A DNA stretch of 64,000 bases from Clostridia bacterium (GCA_017429165.1 JAFRPL010000032.1:173007-237006); one strand, 5' to 3'. Counted from the stretch's first letter, positions 22,157-31,403 are shown. Numbers and translations: made by a program. Notes: a model not told the origin generated them from the letters alone.

Positions 22157-23320
22157 ATGAATATCAAAATAGGAGCAAAAATCAAATCACTGCGAAAGCG
22201 CGACGGCGTGACGCAGGAAAAGCTGGCTGACGCTTTGGGCGTCACGGCACAGGCGGTCAGCAAATGGGAAAGTGAAATCGGTTATCCAGACCTTGAGTAT
22301 CTAACACCAATCGCAAACTTTTTCAATATCACGATCGATGAACTCTTTGAACACGATCTTATTGAGAAACAGCGAAAGATCGACGACTACTGCGCACGTT
22401 ATGACGATCTGGCACGGAACTGGTCGCCGCCGGAAGAACGCGTCGAACTGATGCGTCAGGCACTTGCCGAATTTCCTGCAAACGAAAAGCTGCTTTTCCG
22501 TTTGGCTCAGGCTTTGTGGTATAAATGGGAAGACGCATGGCGTTCTTGCGACGAAATTGGCGTAACCATTGACGGCAAGTACCGCCGTGATCAAAACAAA
22601 ATCAGGGCTGTGCCCGGTTGGGAGGAACCGTGCCGGATCATGGAAGAACTGCTTGCGGTTTCCGTTGACGATCTTATCCGTTATGAATGCACGCAGCTTT
22701 TGATATTTATCTACAGTTGTATCGGCGAAAAAGAGCGGGCTATCGAACTGGCGGAGCGCTATCCCGATTCCAAAGACTCCTTTTTGTCGGTGGCCTTTAT
22801 GAACAGTTACGATGATGAAGCCGACATGTACAGTCAAAGGCTCATGATTGACGGTCTTCACAATTTGCTTTACCAGCTTTTAAGACAAGTTAAAACACCG
22901 GCGGACAGAATTGCCGCCGCCAACAAACTGATCGATCTGTATAGTTTTCTTTTTGGAGAGGACTGCGGATTTTATCACGTGCATTTTTATTATCTGTATC
23001 TTGATCTCGTTTCCGCTCTGCTGGATCTGGATCGTACGGACGACGCTTTTTCCGAACTGAATCACGCTTTTGAACACGCCAAAGCGTTCGATGAGTTTTT
23101 GGATAAGCTGCGCAAGGAGGGAGAGTATCTCTATTCATCCTCTGTCGTAAGCAAGTTGAAAAGCAAGTCTGAAGAAGTCTACGCAACAAAACAATTACCC
23201 GAGTTTCTTGAAAACGTGTTGTTGGATAAAAACAACGTATATTTCAAAAAACTGAACGACGATCCACGGTTTATTTCTCTTGTTGAGCGCGTCAAAGAAG
23301 CAATAAACCAAGATAAATAA
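22157..23320 (+). CDS. XRE-family HTH regulator with TPR-like C-terminal domain (paralog 2)
   Basis: ATG 22157 after GGAGG. The N-terminus IGAKIKSLRKRDGVTQEKLADALGVTAQAVSKWESEIGYPDLEYLTPIANFFNITIDELF parallels paralog 1. The C-terminal region is a long helical repeat. Confidence 0.85.
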   Translation: MNIKIGAKIKSLRKRDGVTQEKLADALGVTAQAVSKWESEIGYPDLEYLTPIANFFNITIDELFEHDLIEKQRKIDDYCARYDDLARNWSPPEERVELMRQALAEFPANEKLLFRLAQALWYKWEDAWRSCDEIGVTIDGKYRRDQNKIRAVPGWEEPCRIMEELLAVSVDDLIRYECTQLLIFIYSCIGEKERAIELAERYPDSKDSFLSVAFMNSYDDEADMYSQRLMIDGLHNLLYQLLRQVKTPADRIAAANKLIDLYSFLFGEDCGFYHVHFYYLYLDLVSALLDLDRTDDAFSELNHAFEHAKAFDEFLDKLRKEGEYLYSSSVVSKLKSKSEEVYATKQLPEFLENVLLDKNNVYFKKLNDDPRFISLVERVKEAINQDK

Positions 23321-23560
23321 AGATTCCCGGAAACTGAAATTGATGAAAAAGCTGAAAAATACAATCTCAGACACAGAATTCACCTGTATATCTGTTTCGT
23401 ACGAGCAGCAGAAAAACGCGAACTATTCAGTAAGCTATTGCCGTGAATTCTTGCAAACGTGTGAAATGACAAGCAGAATGTGCAGATCGCTCGGGCATTG
23501 GCATGTGTATATCATCATAGAATTCACTTGCGTTATGAATATTCGCACCAACACAAGAAG

Positions 23561-23585
23561 GGCTCCCCTTGAGGGAGTCCTTTTT
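23561..23585 (+). terminator. Rho-independent terminator
   Basis: GGCTCCC-CTTGA-GGGAG(T)CC followed by TTTTT. Confidence 0.55.
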
Positions 23586-23602
23586 GCGCAGTTGAAGCAG
23601 AA

Positions 23603-23632
23603 ACAGGGTTCGAAGGGCGCGTGTTGAATGAC
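23603..23632 (+). repeat. 30-nt direct repeat, copy 2
   Basis: Identical to 21564..21593. Confidence 0.9.
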
Positions 23633-23760
23633 AGCCCGGGCAGCAATAAATAAAGAAAGGAATAATTCTGCTTTTTGTTTTACACGGATCGATTTTGAGG
23701 CTTGAAATTACAAAAGCGGCATGTTATAATATAAGTAATTCAAAAAACAGGAGGTCACAC

Positions 23761-24447
23761 ATGAAAAAAATATTAGCGCTCACGCTTGCACTTTTGGTGC
23801 TCGTCAGTCTGGCTGCTTGCGGAAGCTGCGGCAGTCCCGTCGACAACAATACAAACAATTCCGCCGCTACCGGCGATGATCAGCAATCCGGAAATGAATC
23901 CGGGAACGGCAACACTTCGCAAAGCGGCAGTACCGCCGAACCGGCTAAACTCACCGGAAAGCTCAATCTCATCGAACTCGACGACAGGGATCCGTCCGTA
24001 CTTCGCGGCGTGACCATCAAAGGCAACTGTGCCGGCACTGCGGATGGTTTCAACAACAGAGAGTCTTCCCTTACCGATGTCCGCTGCATCTTTGAACTGA
24101 ACGAGTGGGTCTATTTCTACCCGGATACCGACGCGACCTACGGACTCAGAGTCTGGATACTCAAGCACCGCGACGATCAGGAATATTACAACACCTGCAA
24201 ATTCAGCGACCTTATGCCGAACTTTGCAAACTATTGCGATCTTCATTATCCCGAGGATGAAGAAAATCCGGATGAATCAGAATGGGGCAGCTTCTACCTG
24301 AATAAGGAAGAATGCGAACCCGGCTATTACGATTTCGTTTTCACTTATGAGGGAAAAGCCATCGCCACCCTGCTGACCCGCTTCTATAACGAAAATGAAC
24401 TCACCGTCAAATCCGACGCGGAGCTTGAAGCGCTGATGCACGAATGA
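23761..24447 (+). CDS. Lipoprotein of unknown function
   Basis: ATG 23761 after AGGAGG. Lipobox in MKKILALTLALLVLVSLAACGS, followed by a Gly/Asn/Ser-rich linker. Confidence 0.75.
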   Translation: MKKILALTLALLVLVSLAACGSCGSPVDNNTNNSAATGDDQQSGNESGNGNTSQSGSTAEPAKLTGKLNLIELDDRDPSVLRGVTIKGNCAGTADGFNNRESSLTDVRCIFELNEWVYFYPDTDATYGLRVWILKHRDDQEYYNTCKFSDLMPNFANYCDLHYPEDEENPDESEWGSFYLNKEECEPGYYDFVFTYEGKAIATLLTRFYNENELTVKSDAELEALMHE

Positions 24448-24540
24448 CCGGCGCCGCGTTTTAAGAACGTTTTTGAGCGTACAGGAACGACGCGGATCTG
24501 ATCCCCGGCGGCAAAGCCGGCGCCTGTGATAAGTCACCAT

Positions 24541-24568
24541 AAAAAAGCAGCCTTTTGGCTGCTTTTTT
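24541..24568. terminator. Bidirectional terminator
   Basis: AAAAAA-GCAGCC-TTTT-GGCTGC-TTTTTT, between convergent genes. Confidence 0.75.
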
Positions 24569-24658
24569 CCAATGATATACGTTCATTGCGGGAGCGGATA
24601 TCATCTTGCGGCGGTAAAAGAATATATCACACACGCCTGCGCGAGAATATCGTTTATC
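24569..24658 (+). repeat. Degenerate micro-hairpin element D
   Basis: Spacers GATATAC, GATATCAT, ATATATCAC, ATATCGT and ATCTCAC are interleaved with short GC-rich segments. Confidence 0.45.
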
Positions 24659-25987
24659 TCACTTCCCCGCAAACTTTTCGCGCACGGCTTTGCAGCGCAT
24701 GGCGAATCCGCGGATGGAAGCGTTGTCGAACCCGGTGATGCCGGAAGAGTACGTATCGTTCAGTGGTTTCGCGAACCGTTCGGGGATATTCGACGCGCCC
24801 ACCAAAGCGCCCATGAACGAGCCGACGGTGGCGCAGTTGCAGTCGGTGTCCATTCCGCAGGTGAGGGCGGTGCAGATGGCGTTTGCGAAATCGCCTTTTG
24901 CAAAGAATATGCTCGCTATGCACACGGCGGAGTTGTTCAGCGCGTGGACCGCGTTGTATTCGGGCATTCCGTTTATCACGCGATCGGCGAGCTCTTCGCG
25001 GCTCTGCGCGGTCTCGCCTATCTTTTTGGCTTCGAGCGCCGTTTCGTAAAAGCGCGAACGTTTTGGCACGAACGAAAGCGCGGTATCGAAGCACTTGTTT
25101 ATATCTTTTTCGGTAAACGCCGCGGCAATGAACGCCGCAAAGAACATCGAAGAATAGACGCCGTTTTTGATATGCGAAAGGAACGAATCCTCGTACGCCA
25201 TCTTCGCCGCCGCCGCGGGCAATCCTGCCGCGCAGTAAGCGTAGCCGTCTATGCGGATCTGCGCGCCGATCCATTCGCGATAAGGGTTGCGGTATTCGTT
25301 TATGCGCTCTCTTTTGAGTATTTCGAGCGCGTGCTCGGGTCTTCCCCACGGGCCGAATTCATCCACCGAGGCAAAGTTCAGGTACACCTGGTTTTCGGCA
25401 GTGCATACGTAGCGGTACGGGATGGAATACATCCAGTGCGCGCCCACGTCGTAACTGTCGAATTTAAAGCCCATCCTTTCGCAAAGCAGCAGAGCCAGAA
25501 CGGTAAAGCGGATATCGTCGTCGGGAGGCATGCCCTGTATTTTTTCGTCGGTCGCAAATCCCTCGTTGCGTTTATCGCCCGATACGGTGGGGACATAGCC
25601 GTCTATGGGATATCTGCCGGCGTTTTTATACCATTCGCGTATCCCTTCGCCGTTCCACAGCTCCACCGGCTGGCCGAGCGCGCATCCGGCGCATCTGCCG
25701 AGCCACGCGCCGTGGAAATAGTCGTCGTCCACAGGCGACACTTCGCCGTCTTCTTTGAAGGCCGCTTCTTTTTTTATGCCTTCCAAGTCGCTGGGTTCGA
25801 CATACGAGTAATCTTTGCGGAACGGAAGCGCCATGAGCTCGTCGTAGAGCGCGGAAAGCTCTTTCTTATCGCCCGCGCATTCGGTTATGCGTTTTTCGCA
25901 TTCCGCGCGGTCGATGACTCTTCCCTCTTCGACGAGCTCGTCGAGTTCTTCGCGAATAAGTATTTCGATCTTCTGATACCCTGCCAT
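24659..25987 (-). CDS. ADP-ribosylglycohydrolase-family protein
   Basis: 442 aa. Motifs GAWLGRCAGCALGQPVE near the N-terminal third and GMDTDCNCATVGSFMGALVG near the C-terminus match the family. Confidence 0.85.
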   Translation of the reverse strand: MAGYQKIEILIREELDELVEEGRVIDRAECEKRITECAGDKKELSALYDELMALPFRKDYSYVEPSDLEGIKKEAAFKEDGEVSPVDDDYFHGAWLGRCAGCALGQPVELWNGEGIREWYKNAGRYPIDGYVPTVSGDKRNEGFATDEKIQGMPPDDDIRFTVLALLLCERMGFKFDSYDVGAHWMYSIPYRYVCTAENQVYLNFASVDEFGPWGRPEHALEILKRERINEYRNPYREWIGAQIRIDGYAYCAAGLPAAAAKMAYEDSFLSHIKNGVYSSMFFAAFIAAAFTEKDINKCFDTALSFVPKRSRFYETALEAKKIGETAQSREELADRVINGMPEYNAVHALNNSAVCIASIFFAKGDFANAICTALTCGMDTDCNCATVGSFMGALVGASNIPERFAKPLNDTYSSGITGFDNASIRGFAMRCKAVREKFAGK

Positions 25988-26181
25988 AATGATGCCCCTT
26001 TTTAGATGATCGGTTTTTCGGAAGCGCGTTTTCTTTGCGATATGATGTATAATTATACACTAACACCTGCCGTTTGTCAATGGATCGGGCATAAAACAGG
26101 GCTATTTTGCTAAAATTACGCATTTGCGGCTTGCAAATAACAAAACGACAGGTTATAATTAGTAAAAAGGAGGATTAATAA

Positions 26182-27087
26182 ATGCCAAAGAAGATATTTG
26201 CCATGTTTCTGGCGCTTCTGATCGCCGCCGTCTTGCTGTGTTCCTGCGACATTTCCGCAGCAAACGGAGACCAATCGAACACCGGAACGAATTCCGACGA
26301 CCCTGCCGTCGGCGACGGCACTTCGTATTCGGATTTCATCACCGTCATGACCGAGATCAAAGGGTACGGCGACAGGATGGCGGAGATGGGGCTTCCGGTA
26401 CAGAGCGAATACTATTATTCGTTCGCCGGCGCTTCGGCAAGCGCTTTCCGGTTCGCCGCGGAATACATACTCTGGCTCAAGGGCGAAGGCGAAACGTTCG
26501 AATCGTTCACTTCCGGCAGCCGTTACGCCGGCTGGGAAAGGATCGCCGAGATCAATTACACTTCGCCGTATCCGAGCTATTTCGAAGGGCTGATCCTGGA
26601 AGTTCAGGGATTGACCGAAGAATGCTTCGATCCCTATGCTTCGGCGGCGATAATGCCGATGTTCCCGGAGGAAGGGCTGGATTTTTATTATCTTAAATCC
26701 ATGAGCGTGGAAAAGCTGTACGCGCTGCGCGATTCTCTGCGCGCGCTCGAAGATTCGATATACTCGGCGTACACGCCCGTACTCAACGGGCACGAATGGG
26801 ACAAGCTGTTTTTCGACGCCGAATACCTTATAGCGCTTTCGTATCAAAGCGTTCAGGCGGAAGACTACTCTACGGCGCTGTATTACGCGAAACTGGCGCT
26901 CAAAGCGGATCCGTTTTACGCGACCGCGTGGCATAACGCCGTGATGTGCGCGATCTACGCGGAAGAGACGGAGCTTGCGGGCGGATATATCGACGAAGGG
27001 CTCGCGGTCTTCCCCGAAGACGGGCAGCTGCTGGAATTCAGGCAGATGATGCTGGACATAGCAAAAGGAATGGAGGCGGGACAATGA
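26182..27087 (+). CDS. Putative lipoprotein with C-terminal TPR-like repeats
   Basis: Signal/lipobox MPKKIFAMFLALLIAAVLLCSC. The C-terminus (YSTALYYAKLALKADPFYATAWHNAVMCAIYAEE) is TPR-like. Confidence 0.7.
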   Translation: MPKKIFAMFLALLIAAVLLCSCDISAANGDQSNTGTNSDDPAVGDGTSYSDFITVMTEIKGYGDRMAEMGLPVQSEYYYSFAGASASAFRFAAEYILWLKGEGETFESFTSGSRYAGWERIAEINYTSPYPSYFEGLILEVQGLTEECFDPYASAAIMPMFPEEGLDFYYLKSMSVEKLYALRDSLRALEDSIYSAYTPVLNGHEWDKLFFDAEYLIALSYQSVQAEDYSTALYYAKLALKADPFYATAWHNAVMCAIYAEETELAGGYIDEGLAVFPEDGQLLEFRQMMLDIAKGMEAGQ

Positions 27088-28487
27088 AAAGGACAGTCAT
27101 GATATCGGCGTTAGTGCTCGCGGCGGCGCTGCTCTGCCCGCTCCTGTGTTCTTCGCTTTATGTTTCCGCCGCCGGCACATCCGGGAATATGGCGGAGATA
27201 ATCGGCATAGATTACGACCGCATAACTCAGAAGACCTACGGCGGGAAGAAATCGTATCCCGTGGAGCTGAAGCTTGGGAGCTTGACTTTTTCCGGCGAGC
27301 TGTACGGCGACTACGGGCTCACCTACAAAGAACTGAACGACATTATTTACCGGACGCTGGAAGAAAAAAACCTTACGGTCGAGCGCGTCGTAACGGTAAA
27401 GAACATCGCCGCGCGCGCGCAGACCGATGCGGCGCTCTACTGGGGCGACCAGGTCCTGGAAGGACTGCTTTCGTACCTTACGATCCCGTTCATACCCGTC
27501 AGCGCAGGCGATTACTATTCGTACAAAGTCCACGGCGAAATAGAGCCCGGGGTAAAATCGGCGGTATTCAGCGCTTCGAAAGCGTCCGCCAAAGAGGCGG
27601 TGCGCAGGGCGGCGAATCTTGCGGGAAAAGTGGGTCGAGTGGGCCGCGTGGCTTCGACGACGGCGGGGCTTCCCGGTCTGGGGCAGATAGTGAACACCGC
27701 AATGGTCGGGTCTTCCTGGCGCGAAGGCAGCAACCGCTTTGAAAACTATCAAAAGCTTCTTGAAGATAACCTGGCATTGATAAACGATTTCTATTCGACC
27801 TGCAGTCAACGCGCCGCCAAGCTGGTAGAAGACAAGGACGTGCAGAACAAGTGGAAGATCAAATTCGACAAAAACAGAAACTACAGAACTTACAACTGCA
27901 CTTTCTGGGGGATATCGGGCAATCTGATGAGCTGTACGCTCAGCGGAGAGCTTTCGAGCGCGGACAACAGTATGACCGGCGCGTATACCGGAACGCTGTG
28001 GCTGGAGTTTGCGGCGGAAGATTTTTCGCCGGTCGAGACCAACATCGAAAAGACGACAGGCCTGAAAAGCGTGATAGGCCTGATTTACTCGACGGGAGGC
28101 TATAAAAAGACCGCCGACACGGGCGGCAGGACGACGCTGAAATGCGAATCGCAGGGGCAGCTCACCTTTTACATAGAAAAGACGGAAGGCACCGTAAAAC
28201 CTAACGTCGTAGGAACGCTTTCGGGCGATAAGGAGACGGAATTTTCGTTTGACCGGCATTTGGAATGGCGCGACGAGACGTATGCATCGCTCGGCGCTCA
28301 CGGGTTCACAGAAGCCGACGTCACGAGCGGCAGCATCGATTCAGTCAATATGAAGACTTCGTCGATAGCTTACGGCGATAAGGGCGGCGGCGAATCGACA
28401 AAGACCGACAACGATTACAGGCAGGATCCGGGCACCGTGCTCGCGCCGCTGGAAAAAGATCCCGTGATTATTATCTATTTTTCGTAA
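27084..28487 (+). CDS. Secreted protein of unknown function (467 aa)
   Basis: ATG 27084 overlaps the upstream stop (ATGA). Signal peptide MKRTVMISALVLAAALLCPLLCSSLYVSAAG. No family recognised. Confidence 0.7.
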   Translation: MKRTVMISALVLAAALLCPLLCSSLYVSAAGTSGNMAEIIGIDYDRITQKTYGGKKSYPVELKLGSLTFSGELYGDYGLTYKELNDIIYRTLEEKNLTVERVVTVKNIAARAQTDAALYWGDQVLEGLLSYLTIPFIPVSAGDYYSYKVHGEIEPGVKSAVFSASKASAKEAVRRAANLAGKVGRVGRVASTTAGLPGLGQIVNTAMVGSSWREGSNRFENYQKLLEDNLALINDFYSTCSQRAAKLVEDKDVQNKWKIKFDKNRNYRTYNCTFWGISGNLMSCTLSGELSSADNSMTGAYTGTLWLEFAAEDFSPVETNIEKTTGLKSVIGLIYSTGGYKKTADTGGRTTLKCESQGQLTFYIEKTEGTVKPNVVGTLSGDKETEFSFDRHLEWRDETYASLGAHGFTEADVTSGSIDSVNMKTSSIAYGDKGGGESTKTDNDYRQDPGTVLAPLEKDPVIIIYFS

Positions 28488-28505
28488 CAGACGGTAAATA
28501 CGCGC

Positions 28506-28531
28506 AAAAGGCACGCGAAAGCGTGCCTTTT
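28506..28531 (+). terminator. Rho-independent terminator
   Basis: GGCACGC-GAAA-GCGTGCC followed by TTTT. The stem is identical to the tRNA-His terminator. Confidence 0.75.
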
Positions 28532-28571
28532 GCAGTTGTAAAAGCCGTAACGGACCGGATATTCGCCGGAT

Positions 28572-29288
28572 TCAATCGAGCGGCACTTTGAACACTTTGT
28601 TTGCGAATTTGGGGAAAAGCGGCGAAAAATCTATGTATTTGTCGCAGAATCTTCCGAAAAGGCCGATCATAGGAGCGTTGACCGCGGCGATGATGAGCGT
28701 CCCCGGTCCGATGAGCGAAAGGTCGAACCTGCCGAACAGCGCGAGCATAAGCGCTACGGCGACGGTGAGCGACGACATATCGTATATCCACTTGACCTTG
28801 TTCATATTGTATTTTTTGACCGTGCTTATTTCTTTTACCGCAAAATCGTACGCCTGCTGCGGCAGATAGCTGCGCAGCATGAGCGCGATGGAAAAAGAGG
28901 TCACGAACGCACCGGCGATCATATAGATTATCTGCAGATACAGCTCTTCCGCGGGATCGGCACCCAAAAGAAGCCGCCACATATCGAGCGTGAAGCCGTA
29001 TATGAGCGCGGTGACGAACGCAAGCGGATATGATATGGTGATGCGCTTTACGAAAAGCGCGAGCAGCAGAAGCAGCACGCCCTGGACAACGTATTCGGCA
29101 AAGCCGAACGTGAATACGGGCGCGACCGGTTCGAGATACGAAGACAGTATGAAAGCAGGCGCGACGACGTGCGAAACGCCGAGTCCGCTCTTGGCGGATA
29201 TGGCTACTCCAAGGGCGCAGAGTACGATCCCGACGGCGTACGCCGCTTCGCCGAACCGGCGCACGGGTTTTACGGTTTTTTCCGACAT
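28572..29288 (-). CDS. YczE-like (DUF6198-type) integral membrane protein
   Basis: Trimmed to ATG 29288 (AGGAG RBS). Encodes MSEKTVKPVRRFGEAAYAVGIVLCALGVAISAKSGLGVS... with about 6 TM helices. Confidence 0.65.
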   Translation of the reverse strand: MSEKTVKPVRRFGEAAYAVGIVLCALGVAISAKSGLGVSHVVAPAFILSSYLEPVAPVFTFGFAEYVVQGVLLLLLALFVKRITISYPLAFVTALIYGFTLDMWRLLLGADPAEELYLQIIYMIAGAFVTSFSIALMLRSYLPQQAYDFAVKEISTVKKYNMNKVKWIYDMSSLTVAVALMLALFGRFDLSLIGPGTLIIAAVNAPMIGLFGRFCDKYIDFSPLFPKFANKVFKVPLD

Positions 29289-29553
29289 AATTACTCCTAA
29301 CGGTTCTGATGGACGTTGTTGGACACGCGGCGCCGCATTGCGCCGCTTACGCTTAATTATAACGCCCGGAGACGGCAATGTCAATAAGCATACGCGCGCT
29401 TTGCGGCTCTTATTTTTGTCGTGAGCGTCTTTGCGCGGCGAAATGAAGAAGGAACCGGTCTTGCTTTTGTGCGCCAAAGTATTAACACTTGATTTTCGGA
29501 AAACGTTGTGATATTATTATCATATAGTTTGAAAACAGGAGCGTAGCGCGGCG

Positions 29554-30234
29554 ATGAAGATAACTTTTTTGGGCCAGGCGGGACTGCTTTTTGAAAAAGA
29601 GGGGCTGACGGTCATGGCGGATCCGTACTTTTCGGATTCCGCGGCAAAAGAAGACGAAAGCAAGCACAGGCGGATCCCGGTGAAGACTTCCCTTTTGAAG
29701 CTAAAGCCGGACGTGCTCGTTTTCACGCACGATCACACGGATCACTACGATGAAAAGACCGCGAAACGAATACTTCCCGGCGACGGCGGAGTCACCGTGC
29801 TTTCGCCGCGCTCGGTCTGGCAGAAGGCGCGCGAACTTGGAGGCGCCAACAATTACGTGCTGTTTGACCGCGGTACCGAATGGACCGAAGGCGGCGTGCG
29901 TTTTACCGCCGTAAAAGCCGTTCACAGCGATCCGTACGCCATTGGCGTGATAATAGAAGACCTTGAAGACGGGCGCAGGTATTATATCACCGGCGACACC
30001 CTTTACGGCGAAAGCATATTTTGCGATATCCCGCGCGATATTTACGCGCTCTTTCTTCCCGTGAACGGCGAAGGAAACAACATGAACGAGCGCGACGCCA
30101 TGCGGTTCGCCGCGCGCGTAGGAGCGCGCTTCACCGTCCCATTCCACGTGGGATTGCTCGACGACAAGACCGACGCCGGCTTTGTTTGCGAAAACAAAGT
30201 CAGCCCGAAAATATACGAGGAGATAATACTGTGA
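29554..30234 (+). CDS. MBL-fold metallo-hydrolase (possible lactonase)
   Basis: 226 aa with metal motif FTHDHTDHYD. First gene of the sugar-acid operon. Confidence 0.8.
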   Translation: MKITFLGQAGLLFEKEGLTVMADPYFSDSAAKEDESKHRRIPVKTSLLKLKPDVLVFTHDHTDHYDEKTAKRILPGDGGVTVLSPRSVWQKARELGGANNYVLFDRGTEWTEGGVRFTAVKAVHSDPYAIGVIIEDLEDGRRYYITGDTLYGESIFCDIPRDIYALFLPVNGEGNNMNERDAMRFAARVGARFTVPFHVGLLDDKTDAGFVCENKVSPKIYEEIIL

Positions 30235-31391
30235 AAGTTACAGACGTAAAAGCATTTACCGTAGACTGTTTCCGTACCAACTGGGTGTTCGTGAAAGTCT
30301 ATACCAACGAAGGCATAGACGGCGTGGGCGAAGCCACACTTGAATACAAGGAAAAAGCTCTGCTCGGCGCGGTGGAGCACATAAAGGAATATCTCGTGGG
30401 CAAGGATCCGCGCAACGTGGAAAAGCATTTCCACGATATTTACCGCGACGCGTACTGGCGCGGCGGAGCCGTGCTGATGTCGGCGCTTTCGGCGGTAGAG
30501 ACCGCGCTGTGGGATATCCTGGGCAAATCGCTGGGCGTGCCCGTGTACGCGCTGCTGGGCGGAAAAGTGCATGATTCCGCGCGCATCTACGTCAACGGCT
30601 GGTTCGCCGGAGCAAAGACGCCCGCGCAGTTCGCCGAAAAGGCAAAGCTCGCCGCCGCGCGCGGCGTGACCGCGATGAAATGGGATCCGTTCGGCAAATC
30701 GTATTTGCAGATATCCAATAAAGATCTCGACACCGCGCTGGAATGCGTCGCCGCGGTGCGTGACGCCGTGGGCGAAAGCGTGGATCTGCTTATAGAAGGC
30801 CACGGGAGGTTCGACGTGCCCACCGGTATAAAGATAGCGAAAGAACTGGAGCAGTTCAAACCTATGTTCTTTGAAGAGCCCACCCCGCCCGACAATCTCG
30901 AAGCGCTGAAAGCGGTGCGCGACAAATCGCCGGTGGCGATATCGGCAGGCGAACGGCTCTATACGCTGAAATCGTACAAAGACCTTTTCGAAATGCGCGC
31001 GGCGGATTATATCCAGCCCGACGTTTCGCACGCGGGCGGGATAATGGAGCTCAAAAAGATCGCCGCCGTGGCGGAGGCGTACTACATCCCGTTCGCGCCC
31101 CACAATCCGTCCGGCCCCGTGGCGAACGCCGCCACGCTCCAGCTCGCTGCCTGCTGCCCCAATTTCTGCATACTCGAAATAATGTACAGCGACGTCACCT
31201 GGCGCAAGGACGTGACGAACGAATCGCTTGAATACGCCGACGGCCGCATAAAGATACCCGAAAAGCCCGGCATAGGCGTTGAGATAAACGAGGAAGAATG
31301 CCTTAAACATCCGTACAAGCCGCACACGCTGAGGCATTACACGGGCGCGCTGACCGATATACGCCCGCCCGAAACAGAATTCTATTTTTAA
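30231..31391 (+). CDS. Enolase-superfamily sugar-acid dehydratase (galactonate-dehydratase-like)
   Basis: GTG 30231 overlaps the upstream TGA, with GAGGAG upstream. VKVTDVKAFTV..NWVFVKVYTNEGIDGVGEATLEYKEKA...ALWDILGKSLGVPVYALLGG is typical of mandelate racemase/muconate-lactonizing-family dehydratases. Confidence 0.85.
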   Translation: MKVTDVKAFTVDCFRTNWVFVKVYTNEGIDGVGEATLEYKEKALLGAVEHIKEYLVGKDPRNVEKHFHDIYRDAYWRGGAVLMSALSAVETALWDILGKSLGVPVYALLGGKVHDSARIYVNGWFAGAKTPAQFAEKAKLAAARGVTAMKWDPFGKSYLQISNKDLDTALECVAAVRDAVGESVDLLIEGHGRFDVPTGIKIAKELEQFKPMFFEEPTPPDNLEALKAVRDKSPVAISAGERLYTLKSYKDLFEMRAADYIQPDVSHAGGIMELKKIAAVAEAYYIPFAPHNPSGPVANAATLQLAACCPNFCILEIMYSDVTWRKDVTNESLEYADGRIKIPEKPGIGVEINEEECLKHPYKPHTLRHYTGALTDIRPPETEFYF

Positions 31392-31403
31392 GGAGTTTTA
31401 CCG

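Larger units (their letters stand above)
21564..23632. mobile_element. Direct-repeat-bounded ~2-kb islet at tRNA-Pro (lower GC from ~21.9 kb)
   Basis: Perfect 30-nt direct repeats at both ends and tRNA 3'-end duplication at the left end. Cargo is hairpin array C plus XRE-TPR paralog 2. No recombinase gene is present. Confidence 0.35.

Noticed and set aside
23340-23627. Annotating the 95-aa ORF as a CDS feature
   Set aside because: It has a weak RBS and contains a terminator hairpin and the 30-nt direct repeat in its 3' part. It is retained only as a finding to test.
12870-24450. Intact prophage, ICE or integrative element at the tRNA loci
   Set aside because: No integrase, recombinase, relaxase or phage structural genes occur anywhere in the window. 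Only a decayed TnpV and short repeats remain, so I describe these as islets or remnants.
24572-26005. 477-aa plus-strand ORF
   Set aside because: It is the shadow frame of the ADP-ribosylglycohydrolase gene on the minus strand.
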